Virus record (IMG/VR): IMGVR_UViG_3300025141_000030
Length of the DNA stretch: 64,000 bases
Source: a virus
Reading direction: 5' to 3' (one strand)
Shown: in pieces, positions 29,001 through 36,883 of the stretch
Position numbering within the stretch: the first letter of the stretch is position 1
Layout: each line of letters starts with the position of its first letter
The notes under the pieces: model-generated
What the model saw: only the letters and a program-made list of their open reading frames with translations
The model's database searches: none
Told to the model about the DNA's origin: nothing
Position numbers and translations under genes: made by a program

Positions 29001-31513
29001 GGGAGATTAGAGTGAATAAGAAGAGAGCATGTAGGGAGTCTTTAGAGTATTTTAACGGAGATGAACTTGCTGCAAGCATCTTTGTTACTAAATACGCCCT
29101 CACAGATTCGAATGGTGAGATTCTCGAGGCAACCCCTGCAGATATGCACAGGCGATTAGCTGCAGAATTCTATCGTATTGAAAGTAAATACGATAATCCC
29201 ATGTCTGAGCAGGAAATTTTTGACTTGCTGGACGGCTTTAGGCACGTGGTCCCACAGGGTTCGCCTATGGCCGGTATTGGAAATCCATATCAGATTCAGT
29301 CTATTTCTAACTGTTTTGTGATCGATGCCCCTGAGGATTCTTATGGTGGTATTCTAAAGAGCGATCAGGAGCTCGTGCAGATTGCTAAACGCCGAGGAGG
29401 CGTAGGCTTTGACCTCTCAACGATCCGACCTAAGGGACTCAACACCGCGAACGCAGCTCGCACCACTGACGGTATCGAGGTCTTCATGGACCGGTTCTCT
29501 AATTCCTGTCGTGAGGTAGCCCAGGGTGGCCGCCGCGGTGCTCTGATGCTGACAATATCTGTTCATCATCCACAAATTAGCGACTTTATAAAGATTAAGC
29601 GTGAGCTAACTAGGGTAACTGGCGCTAATATATCGATTCGTTTAACTGACGAGTTTATGAACGCAGTGTCGTCCGATGCCGACGTCCAGCTTCGATTTCC
29701 AGTGGATCGTGATGTAGAGCACATGATTACAGAGCAGGTTAACGCTAGGGAACTCTGGGATGAAATGATTGTGTCTGCACACGCCTCAGCCGAGCCCGGC
29801 CTTTTATTTTGGGACAATGCTAAGAGGAATACCCCTTCAGACATTTATCAGGATCAGGGATTCGGATCGGTCTCTACGAATCCGTGTGGAGAAATAATCT
29901 TATCCCCTTACGACTCGTGTAGGCTGATGCTGGTTAATCTTACTTCTTTCGTGGAGAATGCCTGGACAGATTCAGCATGTTTTGATTATGCTCATTTTGG
30001 TGAGACCGTGCAAAAGGCCCAGCGTCTTATGGACGACATGATTGACCTAGAGGTCGAGCAGATTGACGCTATTTTGGCTAAGATCGCAAGCGATCCTGAA
30101 TCTATTACTACCAAGGCTATTGAGATTGAGCTGTGGACTAAGATTAGGACCCAGGCCCTCCGTGGACGAAGGACGGGTTTGGGGATTACTGGCCTAGGCG
30201 ATGTATTGGCGATGCTGGGTATCCGATACGGCAGCCAGCAAAGTATTGAGGAGACTGAAAAGATTTATCGCTGGCTTTCCACTCATGCATATATTTCATC
30301 GATGGTCCTGGCAAAGGAGCGGGGAGCGTTTGAGGTTCACGATGCTGACATGGAGGCTGGTCACCCATTTCTCGAGAGAATTTTTGATTCCATCGATGAG
30401 ATGACGCCGGAATCAACCGCTTATAAGGCACGTCAGATGAACCAGCGCTGGGGTCGAAGAAATATTGCGATCACCACCACAGCGCCCGCCGGCAGCGTTT
30501 CGACCCTTACACAGACCACCTCTGGGATCGAGCCCGCTTTCATGTTGCATTACACTCGTCGTCGTAAAGTCGCTGATGGTGAGGAGCATGACTTTACGGA
30601 TGACATTGGGGATAGGTGGAAAGAGTATGACGTCTATCATCACAAGTTTAGGGAGTGGATGGAACATGTGTCAGCTACCGGTTCTCCTGAGGAGCTGATA
30701 GCCGCTAGTCCGTATGCCGATGCCACTGCGAATAATATTGACTGGGTTCAGAAGGTCAAGGTTCAAGCTGCTGCACAGCGCTGGGTGTGCCACGCTATAT
30801 CCAACACTACAAATGTGCCTGAAAACACATCCGTCGATACTATTAAGAAAATTTATGTCGCCGGCTGGGAATCGGGCTGCAAGGGCGTCACCGTCTATCG
30901 CGCTGAATGCCGCAGTGGCGTCTTGGTTGAAAAGAGGAACGAATACAGGGGCGACGATAAGTTCATATCACATCCGGCTCCAAAGAGACCTGATGTCCTG
31001 CATTGTCATATTCATCATGCTACAATTCAGGGGGAGAAGTGGACTATTTTAATAGGCCTAATGAACGATAAGCCGTACGAGGTTATAGGCGGACTTTCTG
31101 AGTTCGTTGAGATCCCTAGGAAGTACAAGGAGGGTAAGATTAAGAAACATCCTCGTAAGTCGATGAATTCTATCTATGATCTTTCATTTGGTGAGAATGG
31201 CGATGAGGTCATGCTTAAGAATATCGTCTCACTCTTTGATAATCCAAATTATTCGTCATTTACTCGAATGATCTCTTTAGGCCTGCGTCATGGCGCCCCA
31301 ATTCAGTATGTTGTAGAGCAGCTACAAAAGGATAAGGATGCGGAGCTTTTTTCATTTTCTAAGGTCGTTGCTAGGGTGCTCAAGAATTATATCATTAATG
31401 GTACGAAGACTACGACTGAAAAGACATGTCCCGGCTGCAACGCCATGGAGTCATTTGCGTATCAAGAGGGTTGCATAACATGCTCTAGCTGTGGCTGGTC
31501 TAAGTGCTCGTAG
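28997..31513 (+). CDS. nrdJ: Class II (B12-dependent) ribonucleotide reductase with C-terminal Zn ribbon
   Basis: 'SNCFV', 'RRGGVG', 'QGGRRGALM', 'TNPCGEI', 'APAGS', 'SGIEP', 'GCKGVTVYR', C-terminal CPGC..EGC..C..CGWSKC; no small subunit adjacent; start may be GTG 29012. Confidence 0.9.
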   Translation: MREIRVNKKRACRESLEYFNGDELAASIFVTKYALTDSNGEILEATPADMHRRLAAEFYRIESKYDNPMSEQEIFDLLDGFRHVVPQGSPMAGIGNPYQIQSISNCFVIDAPEDSYGGILKSDQELVQIAKRRGGVGFDLSTIRPKGLNTANAARTTDGIEVFMDRFSNSCREVAQGGRRGALMLTISVHHPQISDFIKIKRELTRVTGANISIRLTDEFMNAVSSDADVQLRFPVDRDVEHMITEQVNARELWDEMIVSAHASAEPGLLFWDNAKRNTPSDIYQDQGFGSVSTNPCGEIILSPYDSCRLMLVNLTSFVENAWTDSACFDYAHFGETVQKAQRLMDDMIDLEVEQIDAILAKIASDPESITTKAIEIELWTKIRTQALRGRRTGLGITGLGDVLAMLGIRYGSQQSIEETEKIYRWLSTHAYISSMVLAKERGAFEVHDADMEAGHPFLERIFDSIDEMTPESTAYKARQMNQRWGRRNIAITTTAPAGSVSTLTQTTSGIEPAFMLHYTRRRKVADGEEHDFTDDIGDRWKEYDVYHHKFREWMEHVSATGSPEELIAASPYADATANNIDWVQKVKVQAAAQRWVCHAISNTTNVPENTSVDTIKKIYVAGWESGCKGVTVYRAECRSGVLVEKRNEYRGDDKFISHPAPKRPDVLHCHIHHATIQGEKWTILIGLMNDKPYEVIGGLSEFVEIPRKYKEGKIKKHPRKSMNSIYDLSFGENGDEVMLKNIVSLFDNPNYSSFTRMISLGLRHGAPIQYVVEQLQKDKDAELFSFSKVVARVLKNYIINGTKTTTEKTCPGCNAMESFAYQEGCITCSSCGWSKCS

Positions 31514-31523
31514 GAGTAAATTA

Positions 31524-32129
31524 ATGAATATTGTTAGTAAGGTTGATCCGCGCATTAAGGAAGTTGAGTTAAGGCACTCACCTGTCTATATTCGTGTCAA
31601 TAAGTTTGATGAGTCGTCTGCTAAGAAATTTGCCGATGAAATATCTAAGGCACATAATACGGGCCAGACGGTGATACCAGTTGTCATTGATTCTTATGGT
31701 GGGCAGGTTTATAGCCTGATGGCGATGATTAGCGCCATTAAGGCGGCACATGTTCCGATTGCTACGATCGTGTCAGGAAAGGCTATGTCCTGTGGCGCAA
31801 TTCTTTTTTCATTTGGTCAGGACGGGATGAGGTATGTGGACAGCGATGCCACTGTCATGATTCATGACGTCTCGTCATTTGAAAAGGGTAAGGTTGAGGA
31901 GATAAAGGCTTCAGCTGAGGAGACCGAGAGGCTGAACACCAAGGTCTACGAGATGATGGCTCTGAACTGCGGTAAGCACAAGGACTATTTTTTAGATATC
32001 GTGCACGAGCGTGGCCACGCCGATTGGTTCTTAGATTCGAATGAGGCCCTTAAACACAATTTGGCAAACCATATTGGAACTCCGCGACTAGAGGTTGAGG
32101 TTGGGATTGCATTTAATTTTTATGCATAG
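31524..32129 (+). CDS. clpP: ClpP-like serine protease subunit
   Basis: 'IDSYGGQV', nucleophile 'AMSCG', 'MIHD', 'DWFLD..EA'; ATG 31524 after AGGAG. Confidence 0.85.
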   Translation: MNIVSKVDPRIKEVELRHSPVYIRVNKFDESSAKKFADEISKAHNTGQTVIPVVIDSYGGQVYSLMAMISAIKAAHVPIATIVSGKAMSCGAILFSFGQDGMRYVDSDATVMIHDVSSFEKGKVEEIKASAEETERLNTKVYEMMALNCGKHKDYFLDIVHERGHADWFLDSNEALKHNLANHIGTPRLEVEVGIAFNFYA

Positions 32130-32131
32130 CA

Positions 32132-32159
32132 TGTAAAAACTCTTTCCTTGCTGTATTAT
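32132..32159 (+). promoter_or_regulatory. Putative early promoter for the repair/nucleotide cluster
   Basis: TGTAAA-N16-TATTAT; the same architecture recurs at 24566 and 56162. Confidence 0.5.
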
Positions 32160-32177
32160 TCAAGTAAGGAGTGAGAA

Positions 32178-32606
32178 ATGAAAGATTGGATACCTCCAAA
32201 ATCTCCACACGGCCTGATCCAGGAAGATTTATGGCCAGACCCGTGGAAAATTTTAGTTGCCTGCCTGCTCTTAAATCTAACGACTCGAAAGCAGGTTGAC
32301 AAGGTAATTGATGGGCTTTTTGAACGATATCCAGCTCCCAGAAGCCTTGCCACTGCGCAAGAGGAAGATCTCCATGGCATGCTTCGCTCGCTAGGTATGT
32401 GGCGTAAGCGTGCTAAGACATTGATCCGGTTTTCTAATGAATTTTTAGAAGCAGACTGGACAACCGCAAAGGACCTTTATGGTTGCGGGAAGTATGCTGA
32501 CGACGCGTGGCATATTTTTTGCGTGGGAGACTGGCGGCAGGTTGCGCCCAGTGATCACGCCCTAAACGATTATCATAATTTTTTAAAGGATGAATTAGAT
32601 GCCTGA
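32178..32606 (+). CDS. MBD4-like HhH-GPD DNA glycosylase (stand-alone catalytic domain)
   Basis: 'W.PP.SP..LIQE.L..DPWK.L.A...LN.T', 'LG....RAKT...FS.E.L...W', HhH 'LYGCGKYADD', 'IFC...W.QV.P.DH.LN.Y...L' follow the MBD4 glycosylase domain end to end; no Fe-S cysteines. Confidence 0.85.
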   Translation: MKDWIPPKSPHGLIQEDLWPDPWKILVACLLLNLTTRKQVDKVIDGLFERYPAPRSLATAQEEDLHGMLRSLGMWRKRAKTLIRFSNEFLEADWTTAKDLYGCGKYADDAWHIFCVGDWRQVAPSDHALNDYHNFLKDELDA

Positions 32607-33408
32607 GGGTCCCGAGTGTCGTCAAATCGGTATCCAGCTCGCGAAGAGGGTCTCGAATAGAAAGCTGGTCGATATTAAGATACTGAGCGGCCGCTATGAG
32701 AAGCACGGCCCACCCACTGGCTTTGACAAGATAATGGAGTGGACTCCGATTGGAATTCAAGGGGCCGGGGTACACGGTAAGTTCTTATTCTTTCTATTGG
32801 ACGCCGAGTGGAGCATTTGGTCTACGTTAGGAATGACAGGTTCATGGACAAATGAGAAGAATGAGCTGCACAGTCGCATTGAATTTGTCTTAAATGACGG
32901 ATCAATATTTTTTACTGATTCTAGAAATTTTGGGACCCTTAAGTTTGTGCGGGGAAAACAGCAACTTATTGACAAGCTGGAGTCCTTAGGCCCAGATCTT
33001 CTTGCTGAGGAGATTGATGACTTTAAATTTGCTGAGCATCTCATGAGAAAAAAGACAAAGACAATCGCTCAGGCACTTATGGATCAGGGCGTTGTGTCTG
33101 GTATCGGCAACTATGTAAAAGCTGAAGCGCTATACAATGCTAAGATATCGCCTCATCGCTTAGTGTCAGATTTAGATATACATGAGATGTCTGCACTAAA
33201 TACGTCAATTCGAAAGGTCCTAGTTGAGAGCTTTGAGTCTGGCGGTGCAACAATTAAAACTTATGCTGACATGAACGGTAAAATAGGAGAGTTCAGTCAG
33301 CGATTTGCCGTGTATGGACAGCGAAGCGATCCGCTCGGCAATGATGTTGTCAAGGAAAAAACAAAGGATGGTAGGATGACACATTGGGTGCCGTCCATCC
33401 AGAGATAA
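32599..33408 (+). CDS. Fpg/Nei family DNA glycosylase/AP lyase, zincless-finger type
   Basis: N-terminal catalytic 'MPEGPE', 'GKFL', 'LGMTG', 'D.RNFG', 'LGPD', H2TH 'LMDQ..VSGIGN...AE.L', C-terminal 'GRMTHW.P..Q' without CxxC. Confidence 0.92.
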   Translation: MPEGPECRQIGIQLAKRVSNRKLVDIKILSGRYEKHGPPTGFDKIMEWTPIGIQGAGVHGKFLFFLLDAEWSIWSTLGMTGSWTNEKNELHSRIEFVLNDGSIFFTDSRNFGTLKFVRGKQQLIDKLESLGPDLLAEEIDDFKFAEHLMRKKTKTIAQALMDQGVVSGIGNYVKAEALYNAKISPHRLVSDLDIHEMSALNTSIRKVLVESFESGGATIKTYADMNGKIGEFSQRFAVYGQRSDPLGNDVVKEKTKDGRMTHWVPSIQR

Positions 33409-33420
33409 AAAGGAGAAAAA

Positions 33421-33648
33421 ATGGCATATAAATTGAGTGATAATGTTTTACGTAGGATTGTTCAGGTGATGCAGGAGGGCCTGCTGACAGGAACCGATAT
33501 TACCGATCACATGAGGATGATTCGACTTGAGGAAAATGTTGATGATACGACCCAGCTTGTTTTAACTGATGAGTACAAGGGGATTGTGGAGAATCAGCAT
33601 GAGACAATGCTTCATGAGATTGAGAATATTAAGACGTCGGAAAACTAA
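33421..33648 (+). CDS. Hypothetical protein
   Basis: 75 aa, AGGAG RBS, stop/start overlap with the next gene. Confidence 0.7.
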   Translation: MAYKLSDNVLRRIVQVMQEGLLTGTDITDHMRMIRLEENVDDTTQLVLTDEYKGIVENQHETMLHEIENIKTSEN

Positions 33649-34025
33649 TGAGTGAGGACAGGCTTAATGACCTCTTTGAGATGAGGATTAATTTTATGGA
33701 GGCAATTAAAAAGAGCCCTGTTAATGGGGCACCCCCCTGGCCGCTGGATCTTTCCACAAAGGAGCACCAGCAGTATGTCAGGGATATTGCACTTCGTGGT
33801 GTGGAGGAGATGTTTGAGGCACTCCAGCACCTCAAGAATTGGAAGCCCCATCGCCAGACATCAGTCACTGATTTTGACAAGGATGAGTTTTTGGAAGAGA
33901 TAGTTGACGCCTTTAATTACTTTTTTGAGCTGATTCTACTGGCAGGTTTTACGGCTGATGATTTTTTTGAGATGTATGTTAAGAAGGACAAGGTGATTCA
34001 TGAAAGACTTAAAGCCGGATATTAA
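33648..34025 (+). CDS. All-alpha NTP pyrophosphatase (dimeric dUTPase/MazG-like)
   Basis: 'EEMFEAL...NWKP' and 'EEIVDAFNYF' acidic metal-binding motifs. Confidence 0.75.
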   Translation: MSEDRLNDLFEMRINFMEAIKKSPVNGAPPWPLDLSTKEHQQYVRDIALRGVEEMFEALQHLKNWKPHRQTSVTDFDKDEFLEEIVDAFNYFFELILLAGFTADDFFEMYVKKDKVIHERLKAGY

Positions 34026-34965
34026 TTCATTTAATGGACTTCAGGCCGTCCAGCGTCAGTTTTCAGACCTATTTTTTAGTTCTGACCTCCTATCCGTCGA
34101 TGAGAAGGAGGAGATGACAAGGAGCTTTGCCTTGGCACTTCACAGTGAAGTTAGCTCACTTGTGGGTGAGATTAGTTTTAAGGATCACATAAACTCTGGC
34201 CGGTCCGTAAATACGAAAAAGATCCTGTATGAAAGTGTCGACGCCTTTCGTTATATTTTAGCTATTTTGAATTTATGGGGACATAGTTCTGATGATTTTC
34301 TTAGCGCATTTCAGAATAGGGATTCATTTCTTCATACTAGATTTGAGCTGGATAAGCGAAAATGGGAGGGGCAACCTGTTATTGTTGTTGATGTGGATGA
34401 GGTGATCTGTACGTTCAGAAAGGGATTCACTGAGTGGCTGATAGATGAGAAGGGCATTGATGTCGATGTTAATTCCAAGGAATATTATCACGTTGTGCCA
34501 ATTAAAGGTTCAGGTCATTCGCCGGAGGGCCTTTTTGAGGAGTTTATCGATTCAGGTCATTTAAGGGACCTAGACATCATCTCTGAGACTGTCGGCGTTT
34601 TAAATCAGCTTAAGCTAATGGGATTTTGGATTCACCTGCTGACTGCTCGTCCAGATAAAAACCTGCAGTGCCTCTATGACACTTACTACTGGCTGGAGAG
34701 GTCAGGTTTAAACTTTGATCGAGTTTCATTTTCACCTGAAAAAATGATCTGGCTTACAAAGACAGAATACTTTGAAAGCGAGTCTGTCGTTTGTGCCATT
34801 GATGATTCTGTGAAACACACCATGGAGTATGCAAAGCACGGTGTTAAAGTTGCATCACCTAAGATGTCATACAATAAGGAGCTTCGAAATCAGGAGAATG
34901 TGACAATTTACAAGACATCTCAAGAGTTGCTTGATACAATAACACAGTTATCGGGAATGAGATAG
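34000..34965 (+). CDS. MazG-like domain fused to a HAD 5'(3')-deoxyribonucleotidase
   Basis: N-terminal 'LHSEVSSL...FK.H' and 'YESVDAFRY'; C-terminal HAD motifs 'VDVDEVI', 'LLTAR', 'K', 'IDDS'. Confidence 0.7.
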   Translation: MKDLKPDINSFNGLQAVQRQFSDLFFSSDLLSVDEKEEMTRSFALALHSEVSSLVGEISFKDHINSGRSVNTKKILYESVDAFRYILAILNLWGHSSDDFLSAFQNRDSFLHTRFELDKRKWEGQPVIVVDVDEVICTFRKGFTEWLIDEKGIDVDVNSKEYYHVVPIKGSGHSPEGLFEEFIDSGHLRDLDIISETVGVLNQLKLMGFWIHLLTARPDKNLQCLYDTYYWLERSGLNFDRVSFSPEKMIWLTKTEYFESESVVCAIDDSVKHTMEYAKHGVKVASPKMSYNKELRNQENVTIYKTSQELLDTITQLSGMR

Positions 34966-35225
34966 TGTCAGGCGACGAACGTGATTATAAGGACCTGTAT
35001 TTTAAGGTCCGCCGTGAGTCTTTCATTGCCCAGGTTGCTTACAGTAAGGGTATTGAGCTGGTGAATCTAATTCTTAATCCTGGATCGATTGGTAGCATCG
35101 AGGACTGTGCTCAGCAGTTTAGGGAATCGATTAAAAGCGCCCAACAGTTTATGGACCAGGTCGATGCTGGTGATACTGAGCTGGCAAATTATTTTGACAT
35201 TAGGGCCCGAGAAGATGCTTCTTAG
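34965..35225 (+). CDS. Hypothetical protein
   Basis: 86 aa, translationally coupled (TAGTG overlap). Confidence 0.5.
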   Translation: MSGDERDYKDLYFKVRRESFIAQVAYSKGIELVNLILNPGSIGSIEDCAQQFRESIKSAQQFMDQVDAGDTELANYFDIRAREDAS

Positions 35226-35379
35226 CGGCTCCCTAGTCAGTTTTATATTTAAAGAGTCAACCACCCTGGGAGTTGTGCTGGGTGACTCTGAGAAATCTAA
35301 ACAAATGTACCGTGTCTTATATGATAATAAGGTTGGTCATTTTTTTGAAAAACAACTTGAACCTATAGAAGGAGACTAA
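35215..35379 (+). CDS. Small hypothetical protein
   Basis: ATG 35215 within the 35089-35379 frame; short beta-rich (SH3/KOW-like) pattern; fills the gap before the next gene. Confidence 0.4.
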   Translation: MLLSGSLVSFIFKESTTLGVVLGDSEKSKQMYRVLYDNKVGHFFEKQLEPIEGD

Positions 35380-35380
35380 A

Positions 35381-35818
35381 TTGAAAGTTTACATTGCATC
35401 CCCATTTTTTAACCCCAAGCAGATTGATCAGGTCGAATATATTAAGGAGGCCCTCACCAAGTTGGGATATGAGTATTTTTCACCCAAGGATTATTTTGTT
35501 CTGGATCCTAATGCTACCGCCGAGGATCGAAAGAGGATCTTCGACGTGAATGTCGAGAAGATAGAGTGGGCAGATTTTGTCCTGTGTAATACAGAGGCCA
35601 AGGATCTTGGCACTATCTGGGAGGCTGGCTTTTCTCACGGTATTGGCAAGCCTGTCGTATTTTTTGCTGAGGGACTGCCGGATGGTAAGTTTAATGTCAT
35701 GCTCTCAGAGGCAGGAGTGTCAGTCAACACTTCTAGGGAGCAGCTTTATTCTTATCTTCTTGACTGTCGTGAGCAGGATTTTCTAATTAACATTCCATAC
35801 ACGGGGCAGACACAGTAA
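35381..35818 (+). CDS. Nucleoside 2-deoxyribosyltransferase / nucleotide N-hydrolase family protein (NDT/DNPH1/MilB-like)
   Basis: 'VYIASPFF', 'FSP', 'IF..N...I..AD', 'DLGTIWEAG', 'KPVV', 'NVML'; TTG start after GGAG. Confidence 0.85.
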   Translation: MKVYIASPFFNPKQIDQVEYIKEALTKLGYEYFSPKDYFVLDPNATAEDRKRIFDVNVEKIEWADFVLCNTEAKDLGTIWEAGFSHGIGKPVVFFAEGLPDGKFNVMLSEAGVSVNTSREQLYSYLLDCREQDFLINIPYTGQTQ

Positions 35819-36834
35819 TGATGTACAATAAACTAGAGTATGTTTGGATAGACGGCGGCATGCCGTGGGGAATTAGGTCTAAGATAAAGGTCGTGCCTGG
35901 TTTCGATCCTACTTTAGATGATGCCCCAACGTGGAGTTTTGACGGCTCTTCGACCCACCAGGCCACGGGTTCGGACTCTGACTGTATTTTAAAGCCAGTG
36001 AGAACGTATCCTCATCCCTATGCAGAGGATTCACTTATCGTTTTGTGCGAAGTGTTGACAGCACTGGGAGAGCCTCATGTTTCTAATCGAAGGACTGCGT
36101 TCTTAGATGTACTGGAAAAATATCGGGACGATGAGCCTTGGTTTGGGTTTGAGCAGGAGTACTCTATAATTCAAAATAATAGGCCTCTTGGATTTCCAGA
36201 CTTTGGCTTTCCCAGTCCTCAGGGAATCTACTACTGTTCAGTTGGCGGCGATCGATCTTTCGGTCGGCACATCGCTAACGCTCACCTAGATGCATGTCTC
36301 ATGGCGGGAATAAACATTTGTGGCACTAATGCCGAGGTTGCCCCGGGCCAGTGGGAGTTTCAGATCGGGGGTCCTAACATTGATGCTGATGTTGTGTGCG
36401 ACGATATGTGGGTGGCTCGATACCTGCTCCTTTACACGGCAGAGGAAGGCGGACTCACGGTTACTTTTGAACCTAAGTGTGTGCCTGGGGACTGGAATGG
36501 TGCCGGATGTCACACTAATTTTTCTACTAGTAAAATGCGTGAGCCCGGTGGCATGAAATACATAGAGGCCGCCTGTAACGCACTATCGGCCAGGACTAAG
36601 GAGCACCTAAGTAACTATGGAGATGATATTGAACTTCGACTGACAGGCGATCATGAGACCTGTTCATATCGAGAGTTTAAGTGGGGAGTCGCTGATCGGA
36701 CTGCTTCGATTAGGATTCCGCGACAGGCTGCGTTGGATGGAATGGGATATCTTGAGGATCGTCGCCCTAATGCTAATTGTGATCCTTATATTGTTGCCCG
36801 GTTAATGATTAAAACTGTGTGTGACGAGTTATAA
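35818..36834 (+). CDS. glnII: Glutamine synthetase type II
   Basis: 'EYVWIDG', 'RSK', 'WSFDGSST.QA.G..SD', 'PWFG.EQEY', 'YYC.VG', 'NAEV.PGQWEFQ.G', 'GDWNGAGCH.NFST', 'RLTG.HET', 'R.ASIRIPR', 'GYLEDRRP..N.DPY'. Confidence 0.95.
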   Translation: MMYNKLEYVWIDGGMPWGIRSKIKVVPGFDPTLDDAPTWSFDGSSTHQATGSDSDCILKPVRTYPHPYAEDSLIVLCEVLTALGEPHVSNRRTAFLDVLEKYRDDEPWFGFEQEYSIIQNNRPLGFPDFGFPSPQGIYYCSVGGDRSFGRHIANAHLDACLMAGINICGTNAEVAPGQWEFQIGGPNIDADVVCDDMWVARYLLLYTAEEGGLTVTFEPKCVPGDWNGAGCHTNFSTSKMREPGGMKYIEAACNALSARTKEHLSNYGDDIELRLTGDHETCSYREFKWGVADRTASIRIPRQAALDGMGYLEDRRPNANCDPYIVARLMIKTVCDEL

Positions 36835-36883
36835 ACTTAATTTAATTTTGATATATTGGTATATCTCGTAAAGGAAAACTAAA

